A stretch of 64,000 nt of DNA from a virus. The translations under genes were made by a program, and so were the position numbers. The stretch lies in IMG/VR virus record IMGVR_UViG_3300035670_000014, positions 1-64,000 of that record; one strand, 5' to 3'. The notes under the pieces were generated by a model, which had not been told where the DNA came from, searched no databases, and saw nothing but the letters and a program-made list of their open reading frames with translations. Of this stretch, positions 59,606 to 64,000 are shown one piece after another (position 1 is the stretch's first letter; every line of letters starts with the position of its first letter).

Positions 59606-60086
59606 TATTACCTTTATTAAATGAAGAAGAATTATTCCAGATAGTTTCAGTTTTAGAGAATGAAGACTTCTTTGTTTCTTCACTCTTTATTTTATTTGAA
59701 TCTATATTTAGAATAGCTTCTCTATAAGCTGTAAAGAATGAATCAGGAGTTAAAGACTTTAGGTCTTTATAAGAGTAAGCAAGATAGGCAAAGCCAGCAA
59801 GGTCTGCGTAGTAAGCTTTATCATTGTCAGATAAAACTTGACGAACGTAATTTGTTTCAGCCTTAGACTTAGCTATACCACCAAAGGTAGCAGGACTATA
59901 GTGTTGTTCGCCGTGTATTTCTACAACCAGCCTCCATGTAGGAATATAGAAGTCAAACCTATGACGTCCTGAGTTCCATTCAGGATTGATAAGGTTTACT
60001 GGGTACTCCTCTTCTATACAGGAGGCTGGTATAGAAAGTTCGTTCAACAAGAATTGCTTAAACTTATTATGATAAGAAGAAGACAT
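59541..60086 (-). CDS. PD-(D/E)XK endonuclease (Vsr/DUF559-like)
   Basis: EEEY...RFDFYIP...VEIHGEQHY...DNDK. Confidence 0.75.
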   Translation of the reverse strand: MSSSYHNKFKQFLLNELSIPASCIEEEYPVNLINPEWNSGRHRFDFYIPTWRLVVEIHGEQHYSPATFGGIAKSKAETNYVRQVLSDNDKAYYADLAGFAYLAYSYKDLKSLTPDSFFTAYREAILNIDSNKIKSEETKKSSFSKTETIWNNSSSFNKGNNGFISGQGIKSGGFRRTNNKV

Positions 60087-60400
60087 TAGCCTACTGTGCT
60101 ACCTTCTGGTTTAATTCTGTTGTGATAATCATCAACATAAGATGCAAGCTCATTAAAGAGTTCCTCATCCTCTATCAGTTTTAGCTGATTAGTCAAAGGG
60201 TCTTGCTCCTCAATGTAGTATCTAATCTCTCCTATTGGATTGTCCATCCTAAAGTACACATAAGTATGCATACCTCTGCCTAGAAGTAGTAGCTGCTTAC
60301 ACTTCCATCCCTTTTGAATGACTGGGATGTCATATTGATTACCATCAATAATCCTTATATTACCGCCAGTATAGGGCATAACAATATTTGGTCTATCCAT
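60086..60400 (-). CDS. Hypothetical protein
   Basis: 104 aa; RBS CAGGAG; coupled to next gene. Confidence 0.55.
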   Translation of the reverse strand: MDRPNIVMPYTGGNIRIIDGNQYDIPVIQKGWKCKQLLLLGRGMHTYVYFRMDNPIGEIRYYIEEQDPLTNQLKLIEDEELFNELASYVDDYHNRIKPEGSTVG

Positions 60401-60423
60401 AAATCTCCTGAAGTTAATTTGTA

Positions 60424-61008
60424 TTAAGAGTTATTACTTGAGCCAAAGCCACCGGCTCCCCTTGATGTAGTCCTTATCTCTTCTGGTACTTCTTCTATAG
60501 AAGGTACTATTAGAAACTTTACCTCAGGATTAGGACTCCAAGCCTGGAACCACGGCTTACTCAAGTCAAGTAGAACAGGTGTAGTTACATCCGTCATGTC
60601 AACTTCGAGACGAGCCCTTGCCATTACTATACCTCTATAATCCCTGTCAATAAGACCAACAGTATTAAGAAGGTAAATAGAGGCTATATCTTTAACTTTA
60701 TTTAAAGATAGAGGTACTCCATCCTGCGAGTAAGCAGGGTGCTGTGAAAAGGTACCACCAAGAACAGAAGAGGCACTACTCCTCGGCAAGATAAGGTAAT
60801 CACCCGCTTCGGGAGTAGGATAAGTCTTTACTCCCAAAGAACAAGTAAAAGATGAAGACCTGTAGAAGGGAACCTTCCCTGTATAGGGCTGACCCTTGTC
60901 ATCGTTTACATGAAAGAATAAATCAATTGTTCCACTGTCATGTCCCTTTAGTGGAGTACTAGATCCAGGCTCTGGCACTACATAGATAATCTTATTGCTC
61001 ACTATCAA
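60424..61008 (-). CDS. dut: Trimeric dUTPase (divergent)
   Basis: LILPRSS (motif II), NTVGLIDRDYRG (III), SRGAGGFGSS (V). Confidence 0.88.
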   Translation of the reverse strand: MIVSNKIIYVVPEPGSSTPLKGHDSGTIDLFFHVNDDKGQPYTGKVPFYRSSSFTCSLGVKTYPTPEAGDYLILPRSSASSVLGGTFSQHPAYSQDGVPLSLNKVKDIASIYLLNTVGLIDRDYRGIVMARARLEVDMTDVTTPVLLDLSKPWFQAWSPNPEVKFLIVPSIEEVPEEIRTTSRGAGGFGSSNNS

Positions 61009-61345
61009 ACCTCTCTATGGTTTTGTTGTAAATTTCTAAGTATTGAGGACTCTCAAGTCTGCTTATTGCAATTCCATTGAAGATGGAATATGTCATCTCA
61101 GTCCTGTACTTGTCATGCAAGTACCAGTTAACCTTTGCCCAGTGAGGAATCCTGTTGCTTAATACAGCAGCCTCAATGTACATGTCAAAGTGTTGAGAGT
61201 TACCCTTGAGTTCAAGAAGAACATCGTCAATAGGTATTGACCTTGACGTTATATAAGAATGTAATTCGTTAAAAGCAACCTCAAAAATAATAGAAAAAGT
61301 CCGAGATAATTCTTTAGTTATTCTTTTATTCATTCTATTTAACAA
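60992..61345 (-). CDS. Hypothetical protein
   Basis: 117-aa ORF; start may be ATG 61333. Confidence 0.5.
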   Translation of the reverse strand: MLNRMNKRITKELSRTFSIIFEVAFNELHSYITSRSIPIDDVLLELKGNSQHFDMYIEAAVLSNRIPHWAKVNWYLHDKYRTEMTYSIFNGIAISRLESPQYLEIYNKTIERFDSEQ

Positions 61346-62054
61346 TCTTTCTATTAGAAGTGCAATCCATATAGTAGGAGCAGTTATAGTTCTTACAGTT
61401 ATAGATTGGTATATAAATCTTTTTAGCTATGCCAAGAGTTAGAGAGCTTATATAGCCATAAGAAGTTTCAGGGTCAAAGTTTCTTTTAGTCTGATAGTCT
61501 TTGATAGACATACCGTCATCGTCTACGCTTATTAGCTTTATCCACTGAGGTAGATTAGCAGCATTATCTGTCAACATCAAAGCGAGATCTACAGATTCAA
61601 AAAACTCAGCAACACTAGAATATAGATTAAACATATAAATCGTGTCACTGGTTCTTAAGAATTCATAGTAAGAAACTTCAACCTTATTAATAGTAAAAGC
61701 CTTATTCAAGCACAAAGATTCAATCTTCTTTCCAGATTGAATAACATTAACAAGAATATTCCTAAGGAACAAACAGGCTGATACTATCTGATTCATGTCA
61801 GAAAACAAAACAATTCTACCTTTAGATACAAGGTGTCTTTGTATTTCTTTGGCTTTACTGAGCATAGCCACTTCAGTTGGCATAGCTCTAGAAACTAATA
61901 ACTCATAACATAGCCATCTCCACAGCCCGTAATAGAGCGATACATCTGGTGACATTGGATTGTATAACTGTACTTCAGTACTGGGGTCCTTATAAGCCTG
62001 GTAGTACTTACCACACCTTGCATAGGATCTTAGTTCATCTAATGTAACATTCAT
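61335..62054 (-). CDS. Cas4/RecB-like PD-(D/E)XK-fold protein, apparently inactive
   Basis: LDELRSYARCGKYY and C-terminal P...CKNYNCSYYMDC; no clear D..(D/E)xK; likely start ATG 62054. Confidence 0.5.
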   Translation of the reverse strand: MNVTLDELRSYARCGKYYQAYKDPSTEVQLYNPMSPDVSLYYGLWRWLCYELLVSRAMPTEVAMLSKAKEIQRHLVSKGRIVLFSDMNQIVSACLFLRNILVNVIQSGKKIESLCLNKAFTINKVEVSYYEFLRTSDTIYMFNLYSSVAEFFESVDLALMLTDNAANLPQWIKLISVDDDGMSIKDYQTKRNFDPETSYGYISSLTLGIAKKIYIPIYNCKNYNCSYYMDCTSNRKIVK

Positions 62055-62056
62055 AT

Positions 62057-62998
62057 TTACAGTCTTGTATGGAATCCTAAACCTGCTCCATAGGACCCAG
62101 GGCCAGTCCATTGGACGAATGGAGAAATCCACAAGTCTGAAATAAAAGGAATTGGATTACCCAGGTTATAAGAGAAAGGCATAAGGTTAAAATTAAATTT
62201 ACCTATAGAGTTAAAGCCTAAACTCATATCAAGGAAAGACCACTCATCTTCTCCAGATTGATCTCTAAGATACATATAACCCACTCCCAAAGAGGCCTGA
62301 GGCACCATTCTAGGGTCTCTAAATGGAACCCCTAGCCCTACCCCTAAAGTAAGATTAGGACGCATATGAAAGCGTTCTAGAGGCTTAGAATCTTGTGTGT
62401 TATAGCTTGTATCTATCCTGAAAGAAGGATCAACAACTGTTGTCGAGTGGACTGGCAAGACATAAGGATTGCCGTTTGAAAGCAAAGTTAATCTTGTCAC
62501 AGTAGTAAGAGATCTCTCATCAGTTTGAACTATAGAAGTATCAACATTTATATCTAGATCATAAGAAGTAGTAGTCAGGTTACCTAGCTCTGTCAAAGCG
62601 ACAGAGCCAACTGGAACCTGGACTTCATCAAAGTCTACAATTAATTCCTGTTGCACAGGAGTAACTGTTTGACCTGGCTCAGTCACTACAATTACCTCAG
62701 TCCTTCTACCTGAAGAAGAGGCAACTGTAGTTGACTGGCCTATGAGTTCATAGTTAAGCCTTGATAGTTCTTCCTGGAGAACTCTAAGCTCTTCCTCTAG
62801 AAGGATGTAATCTTCCATATCTATATAGGCTGTATCTGCCATATGGAATCCGGGAGAGATCTCTCGTCCTTCTATGGGCGCAGGATCTTTAAGTGGCTCC
62901 TTCTTATTGCAGTTCTTAACCAGAAGAATCAAGCAAGTAATGATAAGCGCAAGATTAAAAATCTTGTAAGTCCAGTAAAGAATTTTATCCAGAATCAT
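62057..62998 (-). CDS. Membrane-anchored protein with coiled coil and C-terminal beta strands (spanin-like)
   Basis: IFNLALIITCLILLVKNC; coiled coil; LTLGVGLGV...LGVGYMY...YGAGLGFHTRL; ATGA-coupled to helicase. Confidence 0.5.
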   Translation of the reverse strand: MILDKILYWTYKIFNLALIITCLILLVKNCNKKEPLKDPAPIEGREISPGFHMADTAYIDMEDYILLEEELRVLQEELSRLNYELIGQSTTVASSSGRRTEVIVVTEPGQTVTPVQQELIVDFDEVQVPVGSVALTELGNLTTTSYDLDINVDTSIVQTDERSLTTVTRLTLLSNGNPYVLPVHSTTVVDPSFRIDTSYNTQDSKPLERFHMRPNLTLGVGLGVPFRDPRMVPQASLGVGYMYLRDQSGEDEWSFLDMSLGFNSIGKFNFNLMPFSYNLGNPIPFISDLWISPFVQWTGPGSYGAGLGFHTRL

Positions 62999-64000
62999 AA
63001 TTCCTCTTCTAAACCCCATTCATCAGAATCAGTTGATTCTACTTTGGAGCCAGATTCATTTGCTTGAGCAAGCTTAACTGCCTCAGCAATTGGTATGTGT
63101 ATAAAATTAGAAGCATAAGGATGGAACTTAAAGAACTCAGTTCCCTTGTTACCGTCAATCTTATTCTTGCCAACTATGGCTTCTACAATGGGAAGTTTAG
63201 TTGGGTGAAAGTCCCAGGGATGTTTTACTTCATGAAACCATGGAGACTCCCTGGGGTCCTTATGCAAGTCATTATAAAGGTGGATGATAGCATCGGCATC
63301 ATACTTGAATGCTCTAGCTTCTGCCAGTGACTCGTTAGTCGGCCTACCAGACTTTGTTTTCTTATCAGTTGACGTGTTGTATTCTAATGTACAACCAACT
63401 GATATATCAAACTCGTTAGTCATCTGCTTCAGCTTGTTAGAAACTGAAGTATAGAAAAGCCGGGGCTCGCCCTTAACGGGGAGCTTGTGAGCATTATCTA
63501 TGTGCATGTATATGTTATCATTGGGATATTGGCGTCTCATTCTGATTGCTGCCCGCCTGAAATCCTCAAGATCATAAACATAAGGTATGCCTAGAATCAT
63601 AAATCTTTCTTCGCGTGCGTACCAGTAGGCAAGCTCATAGCCCATCTTAAGAGCATTAAACATATCATCTTTCATGCCATCGGGTAAAACGTTGGCCCAG
63701 TAATTAGGCCTTGTAACCCAATTAAGATGCATAGGAAAACCACCTAGATGTTTATACTTAGGCCAATCCCTGGTAGCCCACTTTGAAAAGATGGCAACTT
63801 GCTTGGTAAACAATGTTTGGACGGAGTCATCTATAGTCATATAGATAACTCTACAGTTATTAGTTTCACTTAGGCAAAGATTGCTGCCCATCCATATACC
63901 GAAGCTAGACTTACCTGCATTCTCTGAACCGCCTATTGCAAGCATCTTGCCCTTGGACCAATCATTAGAGAATACTTTCTGAAAGTCAGGAGCCATAGGA
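62995..64000 (-). CDS. dnaB: DnaB-family replicative helicase (5' part outside window)
   Basis: Walker A GGSENAGKS; YMHIDN; LKQMTNEFDI; RPTNESLAEARAFKYDADAIIHL; IVGKNK. Confidence 0.85.
   Translation of the reverse strand, partial: PMAPDFQKVFSNDWSKGKMLAIGGSENAGKSSFGIWMGSNLCLSETNNCRVIYMTIDDSVQTLFTKQVAIFSKWATRDWPKYKHLGGFPMHLNWVTRPNYWANVLPDGMKDDMFNALKMGYELAYWYAREERFMILGIPYVYDLEDFRRAAIRMRRQYPNDNIYMHIDNAHKLPVKGEPRLFYTSVSNKLKQMTNEFDISVGCTLEYNTSTDKKTKSGRPTNESLAEARAFKYDADAIIHLYNDLHKDPRESPWFHEVKHPWDFHPTKLPIVEAIVGKNKIDGNKGTEFFKFHPYASNFIHIPIAEAVKLAQANESGSKVESTDSDEWGLEEEL

Noticed and set aside
61335-62054. CRISPR-Cas locus suggested by the Cas4-like protein
   Set aside because: No repeat-spacer array or other cas genes visible
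1-64000. Stop-codon reassignment
   Set aside because: Standard code gives very long, tightly packed ORFs; TAA, TAG and TGA all end genes at sensible junctions
1-64000. tRNA or rRNA genes
   Set aside because: Intergenic gaps are short and none shows a cloverleaf or T-loop signature

Overview
This window is part of a large, AT-rich, CpG-poor myovirus genome. Bases 1-57.4 kb (+ strand) form a dense, largely translationally coupled morphogenesis and lysis region: neck/tail-completion genes, tail sheath, three tail-tube paralogues, two paralogous tail-assembly chaperones, three giant ORFs (1613, 2019 and 2798 aa), spike, gp25-like, baseplate J/I-like and many baseplate/fibre genes, a Gly-rich beta-helix protein, a putative glycosyltransferase and a CHAP endolysin. 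Bases 57.3-64 kb (- strand) hold three small membrane/coiled-coil genes, RusA, a PD-(D/E)XK endonuclease, a dUTPase, a degenerate Cas4-like protein, a spanin-like membrane protein and a truncated DnaB-family helicase. The main finding is the 2019-aa ORF (13449-19508) in the tape-measure position. It carries, in the expected order, motifs of a single-chain two-barrel RNA polymerase (QEG, KxxxxxK, RFP, SDRDGDQ, IG, QxxISxK), flanked by tape-measure-like hydrophobic segments. It is coupled upstream to a tape-measure-like protein with a degenerate SNase fold and downstream to a hub protein with an M23 peptidase. This suggests a tail-delivered virion RNA polymerase in a contractile-tailed phage. 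All calls come from reading motifs by eye; no database search was run.
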